Shown: positions 29,501 through 43,096 of the stretch, one piece after another
Layout: the number at the start of each line of letters is the position of its first letter
How positions within the stretch are numbered: the stretch's first letter is position 1
NCBI RefSeq assembly: GCF_041146345.1
Contig: NW_027191405.1
Location: 124,001-188,000, forward strand
DNA length: 64,000 bases
Direction: 5' to 3'
From: Neodothiora populina
Lineage: Eukaryota
Notes under the pieces: generated by a model
The model's input: the letters and a program-made list of their open reading frames with translations, nothing else
Told to the model about the DNA's origin: nothing
The model's database searches: none
Translations under genes and position numbers: made by a program

Positions 29501-31655
29501 GACAGCATGTTAGCCCTGTGGGCGGCAGTGATGAAAATCCATATCTTAATGTGTGCCTCTGCCGCGACAAATGAGTCGTCGTCACAGCCACACTTGCCAA
29601 TATTGTGAGACGCAGAGGGGAAGTGTTGTCCTTTCAGTAGTCTATGAGTGCATATGTGGGTTCGCATAAGGGTTGTGGATACGAATGTCAAGACATCCGC
29701 GGCCTGTGCCTTGCTCATATGGCTTGGACGGCTCACTCGGGGCGAAGCTCGGGCGGTGCTTGGCGCGCAGTAGTTAACATCACTTGATAAAGGAGTTCCA
29801 GCACACTTCCTGTGCATTTGCACATGCTGGCGAGGACGACGGGGTTCCACATAGAGACGTCCGATGTTCGCTGCGCTTTGTTATTCGCGTACTTGTTGTT
29901 ATGCTCACCGATCATTATTAGCTTCCTCCTTCTCACAAGTCAAGAATGGATAGACCTGAGGGGTGTCTAACGCTGGACGCGCTCTCGATGGTCAGCATTC
30001 GGCCATGATAAGTGCTAAGTTATTTTTCCCCTTGTTTGCAAGGGCTGGTTTCATGGACACGTAGATCCAATCTCTGAGTGCTGTATCTTACTGCCTCCTT
30101 TCCAGGTCTCCATCATCAAATCGTTGTGTAGAGACGCCCACAACAGAAAAGGGAAGCATGTTGTCATCACACAGAACAAGTCGTACTGAGGATGTCCGTG
30201 GATACGAAATGCTTTGGGAATCCCGTGAACCCGACACTCGCCGCCCCCCAAGTCTGCGACATTAGCCTGGCAAGCTAGGCGGGACATTCCCATCTCCCGC
30301 TATACAAGTACATCGAATGCGAAGAAGGACACGAGATATGCAGGTCTAGAAGTCATTGTATGCGGGGTCCGAAGACCTTCTTAGTAAAGTAAACTCTGTC
30401 ATCAACGCCTTCGATATTCAATGGAGAAGGTACAGTAGGACTAGCGGGTCTGCGCAGAGCCGACAATGTTGGGACCTTATGCTGGCTTTGCGAGACTCAT
30501 TGCGGACAGTGCTTATTCTTCATTTTGTCTATAATGCCTGAACCTTCGCGGGTAAGGCTTCTTTGATGCACCGGCTGCAGTAGATCAGGCGGGTCACCAG
30601 TACAATACTGGTATGCAAGAGCCAAGCGTGGGCGCTGGGGTTGACATCGCTGTATCCTTCGACGAGTGCCAGACGTCTTTCCGGTACCTGTCGGAACCTG
30701 GCCCATGCTATGCGTGCGCACATAGAAATTGCGGTGCTTTAGATGCTGCGCTGGTGCACTTCGCATGTCATATTATACTTTATTATACTTGCAGATATAT
30801 CACGGCCACTTCTCCCAAGGTGATCAGGAGGCACAGCTGACAGCAAAAGTACAGTAGTAATTAGGACATTGTTCACGTTGTCCTTCCATTTCAGCAGAGA
30901 ATATCGGACGATCATTTGATCGTGGAAGTACATGTCCTTGCATATCCACTACTGTTCATAGCATCAAGAAGTCTGAATCTGTGGATGCTGAGATCATGAT
31001 CCTAGGATCTTGATCAACAATTGGATGATTATGAACATATGAGTAACAGGAGAAGTTGTTCAGGAGCCTGACGTTGATGATTGCTGTGATATGAGCAGGG
31101 ATACTCGGTGCCCCGGGAGCCGCCTTACGAACCGCCTTGATACTTGTGAAGATCACCATCTTCTTTCCAGCCCTTGCCCAGTCCATTCGTGCAGCCCACA
31201 CCGGGATCATTCGACGCCCTTCACGGGATGTTCAGGATATTCATGCAAGAGTTCCACATGCCGTTTTGAGCCAACATGCGCTCAGACCTGGTGACCCACT
31301 TACAAGTGCTTCATCTATTGCATACACACGGTATACGCTTTGGGAAAGCCCACTCCGCTCATGGATCGCGGTAGGCATGGGCTGGAGTTGGCCTGAGTGT
31401 CGGATGTGGTTATGCAACCTCGCTCCCGAGTGTCTTGTAACCTGCCTCGAACAAGACATGCATGTACAAACCATTACGTCGGGTGACTGTCCTCGAAGCA
31501 CCAACGATCACCATTGACGATGACAGCCCACCAGCTCTCGATCAGGATACCATTGCGGATGCCATGATGGCAGAGCAGGCTCCGATCTTCATGAGAAGAC
31601 TCGCAATAGACGGCAGATAAGTTGAACAGTGCCTTGAGAGAAGAGAGAAAGACGG

Positions 31656-31665
31656 TATATATAAA
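31656..31665 (+). promoter_or_regulatory. TATA-box-like element of the hydrophobin gene
   Basis: TATATATAAA about 140 nt upstream of the ATG, followed by a CT/CA-rich leader. Confidence 0.55.
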
Positions 31666-31799
31666 CCACGACCACACCCACCCAGAGATCGTATCCATTC
31701 CAATCATCAGTTTCCCATTCTCATCCACTTCTCAAACAAAACAAACCTTTCCAACTCTACACCGTTCATTACCAATACCAAATCTTCCTATTCATCAAA

Positions 31800-32260
31800 A
31801 TGAAGGTCCAGGCTATTCTCTTCGCCATTGCATCCGTTGCTGCCGCCAGCGGACCCGCCAGAAACGAGCGCCGCACTGCCTCTCTCGAGAGACGCGGTGA
31901 CCTCTGCGGACCCCTCGATACCCCCATGTGCTGCGAGACTGATGTCCTCGGCGTTGCCGACCTGAACTGCGCCGGCAGTAAGTTTTCCTTGCCTTCCTCC
32001 CGAGTTTCTAGATACCGGATGAAGATATGCTTCTTCAAGGACAATCGCTGACATGATCGCTTCTCTCAAACAGTCAGCAGCGACGTCACCACCACCGATG
32101 CTTTCCACAAGACCTGCAAGGTCTCCGGCAAGACCCCCGAGTGCTGTGTCCTCTCCACCGTAAGTTCTTTACAGATATAATCTTCCTAATGAAGAACTCT
32201 TCGCTGACAACGTTGGAAAAACAGCTTGACACTGCCGGTCTCCTCTGCCAAGAGGCCTAA
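31800..32260 (+). CDS. Class II hydrophobin (cerato-ulmin/HFB-like)
   Basis: Exons 31800-31977, 32074-32159, 32225-32260. Signal peptide, propeptide ending LERR, Cys spacing C-X7-CC-X11-C-X16-C-X8-CC-X11-C, motif DVLGVADLNC. Confidence 0.95.
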
Positions 32261-32777
32261 GTTCATTCGCACTTTTGAGAAGACATCCTGCGTGCGATAA
32301 CCGTTAGAAAGTCCTAGCGTCTTCGGGGAGGGGGGAGACAGAAGCGGAGCGTCGATATTTGATGACTTTTTTTTGTGGAGGGGCAGGCACCTAGTCTATA
32401 TATTTTATAATATATGATGAAGACGAAGCGCTTGTCATCATCAATAGAGACATTCACTGGAATCTGTGCTCAACTATGTCCCTTTCCTTTTATATTCGTT
32501 ATTCACTGTAAAATGGATGAGTGGAACGTGGTTGCGAGAGCCAATGATATCCTATGCATGTCATCGTTGCACAGATGAAGTCCCAAATTATGGACGCATT
32601 GGACCTATGTATCCATAGAAATCAAAAAGCACACCAATTCGTTGCGACGACTGTTAGACTGATGCACAAAAGTTCTTTGCTAGTCCCTCAAATGACAATC
32701 TGATCACAAAGTCCTCGGAGACAAATAAAAAGATAGACTCGAACAGAAAAGTGACCGAATGTCAACAAAAGAATGAA

Positions 32778-32868
32778 TGGTCAGTACGGGGGTCGAACCC
32801 GCGACCTTGGCGTGCCTTAGTAGCTGAAGCTATTAGCACCACGCTCTAACCAACTGAGCTAACCGACC
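32778..32868 (-). tRNA. tRNA-Ile(AAT) with 17-nt intron (32814-32830)
   Basis: GGTCGGTTAGCTCAGTTGGTTAGAGCGTGGTGCT-AAT-A[intron]ACGCCAAGGTCGCGGGTTCGACCCCCGTACTGACCA; A and B boxes, cloverleaf stems, downstream T-run. Confidence 0.97.
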
Positions 32869-33451
32869 GATTGTGATGAAACGCCTTTGTAATTGCAAAT
32901 ATGATTCTTTGTTATCATCTGAATGGTGCACTATCTGGTGGCTGCAAGGATAGATAATCATATGAGCCTTGGTCGAGTTGGTGACTACGAGGTAGTGGGT
33001 TTGCCATTGTAGATTAGCGGAGTAGATGGAAGATTGACATGAACGCTACCATGTCACGCGATCAGTTCTCCAAGTCTCGAAGGCTGGGATTGCTGCGTTC
33101 GGGGTGTGTCATGCCTTCACCGTTCGAGGGATACGGCTCATAGAAGACCTCTTGTTCACTGAAGTAGCTCACATACTCCAGAGAGTGTAGTGACAAAAAG
33201 AAAGATAGGCTCTGGTTTGGAAGTCGCACCTTCCTCATCCGAAAAGACTGGGATGGAAGGAGGAAAAAAGAGTATGAGTGCATAAAGCCGAGGTATAAAA
33301 CTGTTATCGAAATGCTGGGTATCTCTCGTTGTATCCAAACAGATGTGGACAAGAAGTGTGTAGTATGCGAATAAGGAAAATGGCTGTTTGAAGAAAGTCC
33401 ATCCATTTCATCTCTTTTTGTGTTCTCTCTCTCGCTCGCTGCTATTGCGCG

Positions 33452-33988
33452 CTATCGAGCTTCTCCAAAATCCTCTGCGCTCCTCCTCGCTCCTTCCATG
33501 TTCCCGACATCACGACGGAGCTGCTCCCGCCGGCGGTCGATGTCTCTAAAGTCAAAGCCGACCATGTTCTCTCCGTCGTTGTCTGCGAACAACAATTCTT
33601 CGTTGTTGCCGCCTCTTCGGTCTGCGTCGTCGTCATCATCGTCGTCTATGATGTTGAAGCGCGGTAATATGAAACTCATGATCTTGTCGCCGATGCGATC
33701 CTTGAGCGAACGAGTACGTTGAGCGAGCGAATTCGATACAGAGTGTAGAGGCAGATATTGTTCGTAGCGCTCTCTATAGCGATTGATTGCCGGGCGGACT
33801 AGGTATCGTATAGACACAAATATAGCTAATGATATCAAGGCGGGAACGAAGATGAGCTGTTGAACACAGTTATAAGCCTGACGCCCGCAACAGATTGCGT
33901 AATGTACCGTTTTTGGGGATGAGGCGCCGATATACAGCTCAAGGACTCGATGTTTTCTCACCTTTGCCAACTCCAATGATTTTGCCAT
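33452..33988 (-). CDS. Small single-pass membrane protein, fungal hypothetical
   Basis: MAKSLELAK|LIFVPALISLAIFVSIRYLVRP (TM) then RYRERYEQYLPL and an acidic tail; probable intron 33857-33961 (GTGAGA...CAG). Confidence 0.65.
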   Translation of the reverse strand: MAKSLELAKVRKHRVLELYIGASSPKTVHYAICCGRQAYNCVQQLIFVPALISLAIFVSIRYLVRPAINRYRERYEQYLPLHSVSNSLAQRTRSLKDRIGDKIMSFILPRFNIIDDDDDDDADRRGGNNEELLFADNDGENMVGFDFRDIDRRREQLRRDVGNMEGARRSAEDFGEAR

Positions 33989-35404
33989 AATTATTGATGA
34001 TCTGTCGCCTTCGTACCTGACGAATGCTAAGATCGGAGGGACTACCTTATGATCTCTTGGGGTGTTGATAAATCCAATAAAGGGGGTTGGACGCCAACAG
34101 AGCCCAGCCGGCTCTGATGATGACAAGAGCAAATAGCCAAGTACAGTAAATTGAATACGGGCGATAGAGCTGCTTCCTCTGTGCGCAGATCGCGGTAACT
34201 TAGATGACTCGAGATATATTTAGTCGAAGATGGGGTAAGCTTGGAATAAGAATATATGAATATATAAATGTATCACAATGATGAGAGAAATGATTTGTAA
34301 AGTGGTAGACAGACGAACGATGAATGACTGATGGTTGATGTTGTTCCAAGCGGTCGACAGCGTACAGTACTATCAGAGCAATGACATATCCCAACACTGC
34401 CGTATTAAAAGAGGGTCAAGAAGGGATAATCAATGGTAATCTGCACTATACGATCGAGAGATCAAAAGGCTCCGCAGTCGAAGGTTTGTAGTCAGGCAGT
34501 GCTTCGTATATCGATAATAGAGACACGATGGGGCAGATGCCGCCCAGGCGCAACTTATGCTTCAGCAGCACTGACTTCCAGATTCCCTAGCTGACGACGA
34601 ATGGGTGTCGCGTTCTTTCTTGGGTTCTATTAAATGAGAGAGACGGACAGAGAGAGAGTTCTGCGATCTATAAACTAAGGCACTCCACGTTGGGACTCCC
34701 GTTTCCTTCCGCGCCCCACTCGGTAAACCATTTACGGCCTTTTTGCTCCTCTTGCAGTAAATATACCAGTGCCATCTGCACGTATATACCGTACCTGTAC
34801 GCTATCTGTCAATTGCCGAATCCTTCTCCTATACAGATATCACCGTTGCTCCATCTACTCTTGCGATCGATCTCTACAATCCTAGAACTCTATAGCCAAT
34901 CTTGCTATATTCTATAATGCATATCTCACGCTTACTTTCCGGGATGACGAAGAGGCGTACATAATCACCGTGGCGCGGCACCGGTCAGCTCCTCTTGGCT
35001 CGATGGAGTGAGGTGTATGATGTGCAATGTACAACCACCGATGACTCCGCTATACAGCGGACAATACATCTAAAGCCGCTACTGTGTCCTTAGTATTGAT
35101 GTCTGAGTTTGAATCTGAACTGTCCATCACGCTTCCACGGCATGAAACCCTCAGTTAACGCACTCGAGGCTATGCGCCGGTCATGAGCCACGTCAGGCCT
35201 GACAAAGCTGACTGTACGTACAAGTACAGTGCCGACTCCCATGCTCGGCGAGCGAGTCTGACCCTTTATCAGCACAGTTCGTGCGCTCGACGGGTATACG
35301 GCTGTATGAGATCACATTCACCAGTGAGGCTGCTTCTGAAGTAGTACTGTCGTCAAATGATAAGGCATCAATGTTCACGCATGATTGAGACAGCCCAGAC
35401 CAGA

Positions 35405-35435
35405 TACAGTACAGTACAGTACAGTACAGTACAGT
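35405..35435. repeat. (TACAG)6 pentanucleotide microsatellite
   Basis: Direct reading: tacagtacagtacagtacagtacagtacagt. Confidence 0.95.
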
Positions 35436-36329
35436 GGGGAGGCTGAACTTTTTGTCCGTTGGTCTCCACGCACCACACTGCATCACCCCCTTTCACAGCA
35501 CCAGTCAGCCCCCCTTTCGTGTTCCAGTGAATTTTGTATAGTATGCAAAATACCTACTCTCCACCCTGGTCGATCTCGTTGTGTTCAAGTTTGATGTGAA
35601 CACATGATATACAGTACGCGGACTTTCCCCACTGTCCTACATCCTGTTCCACATGTGTATCTACCTATTGCGACTTGAACATCAAAGCGTTTCCACTGTA
35701 TCATTGTACGACGACCAAGACTGTGCCGAATAAGGACTACATCCAAGACTCCAATACCGCGGTCATGAAGCGCTTCGGTCGCGGATGGCGGGTTATCACC
35801 ACCTTGCACGAAATACTGCATCTGACCACAAGCAGTCGTCCGTGCAGACGAATCATGCAAGCAGGCTATGCGCGTCTCCCCTTCATACTATCACCTGCAT
35901 GTTGACGCGTCTGAATGTCCTGCGAGGGTCGCGCAAGCACTGCAATGTTCCAGCAGGACACCATCAATCGACTGCGAGTATCCCTGTACGAGAGGTCGTC
36001 TTTGCGCTTATACTGCCCAGACCTCTCCCAAAAGGTAGAGGACAGGGTCGGGGTACGGTACGTCAATATTGAAAGGTGAAACACTCGACAAAAAATCCCT
36101 AATAAGTCACTCGAGTGCCTGGTTCTCGCAGCCAGTACTAGCTCAATGTGCGAAGCCCGAGCATCTATTTCCACTGGTAGAAATACTTTATACAGTAGAA
36201 AACCTGCCTCCATTAAGCGTACAAATGTTTCAAGCGTCCAGAGATCGCGAGATGAATGGCTCCAACCGGCACCACCGCTATCTTGCGGTATGGACAGGTG
36301 GACCATTAAGATTGTCATTTATCAGTTAA

Positions 36330-38086
36330 TCAAAGACTGCGAGTATGGTATGTGCCTCTCTCTATATCCGCCGTGTACCCACCCGCACCCATATGCTCGA
36401 TTGCAGTAAGACGTTTCTGGGACCCATGCTCGCTGGCAGTCTCCGTAGTGATGTCCACGTCCGTCTGCTTTGTGATGCCACCAAAACCAAAGGGACAGAT
36501 ATCACGACTGCTTTCTCCATTGCCATAATGGTCTCTCCCTGCAGCTTTGTCGGATGGACGGAAGTTGCTTCGATATCCGTTATGCATATCATGCGCAGGC
36601 AAACCAGGTGAGCTGGCACCGGCATGAAAATCGAAACGGTTGTCATCAGAATCGAATTTGTAATCCGCCACAGTGGTCGCTGTAATCGTTGTCTGGTCCT
36701 TCCAGTCCCACGACTCCTTGCGCCTTGATACACCAGATCCAGAATCCTGGTTACCGTCGACATCGTCATTCTTTGCCGCGATGCCATCGCCATCGCCGTG
36801 CTGAGCATCGTTGGGGGGGTTGGATTTGCGGCGCCCGTAGCGATCTCGAAGTTTGTAACCGCTAGGTCTGTCCTTGCTGCGTGACTTTGATCTTCCAAAT
36901 GATGGAATTATGCGAGCGATGAGAGGCCGGAGGAGAGGTAGACAAGCGCAGATGATTGCTATATTTGTCTCTATGAGAGACCAGACAAGCGTGACTGCAC
37001 CATCATCTTATCATTGTTGTGTCACTTAGCAAGAAGATTCAGGGAAGACGATAGATAGAAGGACGACTCACAGGTTGCGTCTGCACCTTTCGCGCCCGTC
37101 TTGAAAGTCGTCATTCGGACTATGGTACACACAGTAACACTCGATAGTGTCAGGAAAGGCCACAAATGTAGAGCAGGAGTTTACTTACAAGATCCCCAGA
37201 GCAAACACAAGCATAAGACTCAATTTTTGTTGCTTCGGTATTTGCAAATGTCTTATCAGCGGCATTGGGAGTACCAAGATGAAGATATCAGAGACGGTGT
37301 TCAATATAGATTGTGTAAACCTTCCCGAGAGGTCAGCATGTTCTATCAATCATCCGCAAAATATAAGCTCACTCACCACCAGGCGAGTGTGTTGACCTGA
37401 CATTTACCGGGCACAGACTTGTCCCAATATCTCTGAACAGGTACACAGGTGAAGACGGTGACTATCTCGCTAGTAAACCAGAACAGCGCGGCGAATGTGA
37501 TTAAGAAAACTAGACTGGTGCGAAGTCGCAGACCAAAGGAAGTAACCTGTTGAGTGGTGTCGCCAAACACTCGGTTGTATAGGAGTAAAATTGATATCTT
37601 GGCCGGCCAAATTGAGCCTTTATAAGCTACTTGCGCGATGTAGAACCACTGAATGTCGTCAGTCATATTCCTGGAACTCCTTCTGAGATATTGACACACA
37701 AATATCGCTTTCGATAGCTCGTGGGGCGTAAGTGTTTGTATCGGTTTGCCATAACCCCAGCGAACCGCTAGACATCTGTCAGAATTGATATCTTGGACGA
37801 AGTTGATACTTACTCATGCAAGCAGAAATTGTCTGCAGAGCTGAGAACAACTAGGCGATCAATATCAGCTGAAATCACTTGACAGACATGACCGAAATTC
37901 TCATACCAGACCGACAACTATGCATCCATCATCCCAACTGAACAGCCTGCGCTTTGTGCGTAGTGCGAGTCTCACCAGACCAACAACCATGGAGGCGCCT
38001 AAAAATCCGCACGCGATACCTAGTATCCATGGACCACGATCTCGCATATCTTGCCCTTCTTCACGGACGAGCAGTGCGGACAGCAT
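36330..38086 (-). CDS. PTH11-like integral membrane protein (fungal rhodopsin domain, 7TM; no CFEM domain)
   Basis: WDDGCIVVG, KISILLLYNRVF, FTCVPVQRYWDKSVPGKC, WSLIETNIAIICACLPLLRPL; several short GT-AG introns; cytoplasmic tail reads into the 36330-36671 ORF. Confidence 0.9.
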
Positions 38087-39517
38087 GGTGGCAGAAAGTA
38101 AGCGCCGAACATGAACCTTTGGTTATCGCAAGTGCTCTTCGAGTCAGTCTACAAGGAAGTAGTCACTCATGAGTGTTGGCATGGATAAGTGATGACGAAA
38201 GAACAACGCTGGCAGCAGGAGGACCATAGTACCATATTTAAATCCACAATTATTGCAAGTACAGTCAAGCAGGACTGCGCACGCCAGACTTGTCCGGTAT
38301 ACAAACGCATCCTGGAGCAAATCAAAATCCTCACAGACGGCCCCAAGAGGAAGAGATCCCAAGCCTGGGACAAACACGCGAGTCCTGAAGGAAATTGAAC
38401 GACACCGCGGCGAAACTCGTCAAGGCCCAGATGATGCCATCCTTCGTATTGCTGCAGGCTGACTACCGACACAACCGTGTATTGCAAGTATTTCTTGGTG
38501 GACAACGGTAGGCAAGGGGCTGGTTATGGTTTTGTGAGAGTATGCAAATGCATCAAGTGTAAGGCAGGTGGTCTCCCGTGTCTGGGACCAGCTAGGGAAG
38601 TGCGAGTATCCATGTCACTGAAAATGAAGATGATAGGATAAATGTGAATCGATGTCGCAGTCAGCGTCGAGCGAGACCGGTCGTACATGACAAGAAGTCA
38701 GTCGGTCGACGATGATTGGACGATAACCCTGGCAGATGTGAGCGAAATGGCCTGCATGCAGCACGTGTGCTCGTTTGACGTGAACTTCTGGGAAGCTGAT
38801 CGTCAGAGCTGGTAGGACAAACAACAATCGCGACCAGAAAAACCATCCCTTCAACCAGGATCTACCAGTTCGCAAGGCTTTTCTGATATCCTGCAGTCAG
38901 CCGGATATATGTCGTGAGTTCTCATGAGGAAGAGAGTGTATTCATGTTGCAGATAATGTTCAATTGAGGAGGTTCACATGGAAGTGAAAAGGAGCCGCAC
39001 AACACAGAATCGCGGGGCAACGGCATTCGGCTGCGCAGCGCTCTTTTGGTCTATTAGATAGTCAACAGCAGTCCTTTTTGGTTGTCCAACGACATGTCAG
39101 GTTGACAGATTAACGATCGCCGAGCTATGCTATGTCACAATCTGTACCGTGTCAACCTAACTTTCAAAGGTGAACGCGAGTGCATTGGCTTATCTTCCGA
39201 AGAGGATGCTAGGACCATCATATTGGTTGATGTACTATCTCTGGTGCCCTGTCAAGTCCACCAAACATCCCTGGAGTGGCAATAGTACCCCAGGACTACT
39301 CCGGGATACTCTGTGCCGAAGATATCCGTGCTGTAGAGGTCGGGAGACGCGAGTCTTGCTATCGACAGAAGAGCGGGAGACTGTCATATAAAGTAGCAGC
39401 TGCACGCTGTGCATCAGGATTTCGATGTCTTGCAAGACATTTCTTCTCTGCTTTCTTCTACACAGTCTTGGTGAACTTCTTTTGCTGACCTGCAGGTGCA
39501 CAGCATAAACAGGAACC

Positions 39518-41356
39518 ATGAGCTCGAAGCCAGATCCCCAACCTCTTGACACAGCAGACGAGAAGGCTACCTACTCTATAACCCGCAGTAGAGACTCAGA
39601 CGACTCTCATAGCTGCCGAGAGATCGATCTAGCTTTCGAAAAACGAGTAGTACGTAAATGTGACTGGAGAGTTGTACCTCCGACCATTGTCATCTTTGCA
39701 TTGTCCTTCATCGACAGGTAAGCTGGAAAGCTTGGTGCTGAGTGAGATTACTCTGCTAAATCTTCCCCACAAAGAGTCAACATCGGTAATGCGAGGATAC
39801 AAGGACTGGAGAGGGATCTTCGTATGCATGGGACGAATTACAATGTCGCCTTGCTTATTGTCTTCATCCCTTTCATCCTTTGCGAAACGCCCAGTAATCT
39901 GATTCTGAAGCATGTCTCACCCAAGATATGGCTCAGTGTATTGCTGTTTGGCTGTGGTGAGTCTAGAAATTCCTGGGAAAGTCGGAGTGCAGTCCGGAGT
40001 GCAGTCTAGTGGGGCTAACGAGATAGGTCTCATGAGCGTATGTCAAGGTGTGGTGCAATCTTACGGCGCCTTGATCGCTTGTCGCTTCATACTTGGTATC
40101 TTCGAGAGCGGCCTGTCACCTGGAACGATCCTTCTCATTACCATGTATTACCGGCGCGAGGAGCTTCCATGGCGGCTGGCTTGGTGGTACATGTCTGGAA
40201 CGCTTGCTGGAGCATTTGGCGGTCTGCTCGCTTATGCCATTGCGAACATGGACGGTATTGCCGGCTACAGTGGGTGGCGATGGTAGGGTCTGCAATCAAA
40301 CCGATGCGCAGTTTGAGCTAACAGTCGATCATAGGATTTTCATCATCGAAGGTCTATTCACTATCCTGGTGTCCATCGTCAGCTACTTCTGGCTGGTCGA
40401 TTTCCCGGCCGAAGCGAAGTTTCTCAATGAGGATGAACGCAAAGTGCTTTTGACCAGATTGAGCATCAACAACGAGAGCGAAGCGAGAATGGACAGAATG
40501 AACTGGCGACGCTGTCTTCGGGATTGGAAGGTGTGGCTAGGGTGAGTAGATGTGCGCCACAAGTGGCAGCTCCTCGATTGCTGACGAAAAACTCTGGCAG
40601 AGCTCTCATGTACGGCGGCATCGTCAACACCAACTATGCAACCAATTACTTCAATCCAACACTGCTCAAGGAGCTTGGCTGGACATCGGCCTCTGCACAG
40701 GTCCATAGCATACCACTGTATGTGGTAGCAAGTGTCTGCTGCTTGGGCGTTTGCTATGCAAGTATGAAGATCAATAATCGATATGTGTTTCTCATGTTCG
40801 GGATAGGTTGTGGATCGATAGGCTACATCATCTTACTGGTGCAAAAGACTGGCATCGACGCACAAGTCAAGTATATGGCACTATTCTTCATCACCAGCTC
40901 GGGTTACATAGTGCAACCGATGGTTGTGTCGTGGGTGATGAATTGTGCGAGTGGGCATTATAAGAGGTAAGCCATGTCGTCGGAAGCGTGCATGCATTGT
41001 ATTATGCTTACAACTGCGCATAACAGAGCCTTCACGTCCGGGACGATGATTGGACTAGGCAATGCCGCAGGGCTTGTCGCATCGAACACATTCATAACGA
41101 CTGAGGCGCCGTACTATCCAACAGGTATATTAGGCCTCCCTATACGGATGTAGACGGCACATATTAACCTTGAGCTGCAGGTTACGGAACATCGTTTGCA
41201 CTGCTATTGATGACTGGGGCCGTGGCGACCATATGGATTGCGTTCCTCAGGTATGAGAATAGGAAGAGGAATGCAGGGTTGCGAGATTACCGTCTGCAGC
41301 TCCCTGACGCCGACAATCTCGGAGATGACCATCCAACATTCCGGTTCGCGTACTGA
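39518..41356 (+). CDS. MFS transporter, anion:cation symporter family (Dal5/Tna1-like)
   Basis: RVVRKCDWRVVP, FIDRVNIGNARIQG, ETPSNLILK, RFILGIFESG, YSGWRWIFIIEG, C-terminal LGDDHPTFRFAY; about 6 introns. Confidence 0.93.
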
Positions 41357-43096
41357 AGACGGACAGTCCGGCAAAGAGTAATACGAAAGCGGCAGCCTGG
41401 GAAATATGCCAGCTTCTGTAGGATCAATAGGACAAGAGGACATGGATCCGGAATACTGTTTGTAGACAGTGCATCTACGATTTGTCGCAAATCTTTCGCG
41501 GTTGCTATCGCAGGATGTTTATGAGATCGCCGTAGGATGCAGTAAATACATAGGCTGAACTAGAATACTCCAATGGGAGAAGCTAGTGTGATCTCCATCT
41601 CTGTATATTGCGACACCAACTTTATTGATTTGAGACCGAACAGACTGCACATGTTTATGATACTGATGATCTCCAGGGCTATAGTATCGTGGTGTAAGAG
41701 CTAAGGACAAGTAGCCTGAGTTACTGTAGTGCAAATCCGGCAAGACTGCACTGCAGCGGAGGTGGAAGCGGATACGGAGTGCATTTCAGGGGATCAGGCT
41801 CGGCGCGCGCGCACAGGCATCCTTGTCGGAAGGCACGACCTCTACAGAAGTAATTTGCACACAAGGGTTGCGACAGCCACAAAAGTCCTGGAGACAGCAT
41901 TCTGCAAGGCCCTTCGTACCAAGTATGGCCATGATCACAGGGCACGAAGGCTTACGATTGATGGAGTTTCAGCTTTGCACATTCATATGATGGCGACCAT
42001 GATCATGGTCGTGTGAGAGGGCAACCAGTCGATAGAGTTCAGTATCCGAAGCTCAGGGTAAAAGGGTAAATAATACAAGTAAGGTTAGGTAGGTGAAATA
42101 AATAACGTACAAGTACCCTATACACATAATCTGAAGATCCCCCAACGAGAAACTCCCCACAATAAGGAGGGCATACTGAGAATCGCAAGACGTCTTGACG
42201 TGTGCCTCACAGAGAGCGGCGCCGATATCAAGTCTTTGGGCTGGAACAAATGCGCACTGTGCAGCGGCTGGGGGCCCTCCTTGTACAGCGTGGAGGATGA
42301 TGTTGAGGCGAAAGGGTCCTAGCACATGGCAATCGATTGCAACGTTCAGCTTTCGCCCTCATAAGGTTGTTCTTTTGTTAGCACAAGCACAGTTCAAGTA
42401 GGGTAAGATAGCTTGTGAGCAAGGGTCAGAGGCAAGGCATAGCAGTGTACAAGTATCTTGATCAACTTAAAGAACAACAACAGCAGCAGCAATAATAATA
42501 CCCAACGCTAGTAGGATTCGTCGACTTCTGTAACAGTGATTACAATATACAGCTTACTCGTTCCCTTTTGCTTCACAACCTTTTTCCACCTCAACAATTT
42601 ATTGGTTCTGTGCACGCACGTTCACCAAGGTAGGGTGACAGAGAAGGTATCTTTAGCCCAGCCGTGCCGCAAAGCCCAGGCGAAAGCAAGCTCGCAAGAA
42701 GTCACGGTCGCCGCCGACGGTATTGCCGCTGCTGTCCCGATCCGGCCTTGAATCCGCATCCTGGAATCTGGAGTCTGGAGTCGGTCGTTTATTATTATTT
42801 GTTCCTTCAGCTCAAGCGCGCGCAGACTACAATCCACGCGACTTGCACAGCCCTTTGTGTGTTTGCATTTTGCCACGCCCAGTGAACGTGCGCATGGAAT
42901 AGGATGATAAGACTAGTCGGAAAGTGACGAAGGTCGGTCAGAGGTCAGAAGTGGTCAAACAAAACAACCGCCAGAAGAGCAGGAGCGATTGGAGGGTCAA
43001 GAAGAATCGAGGAAGGCACGCACCAAACAGGGCAACCGCGCCGCTATCCCCGACGGTGATCCAGGACACGCCGTCTCTCTATAGGTCCCAGTCATC

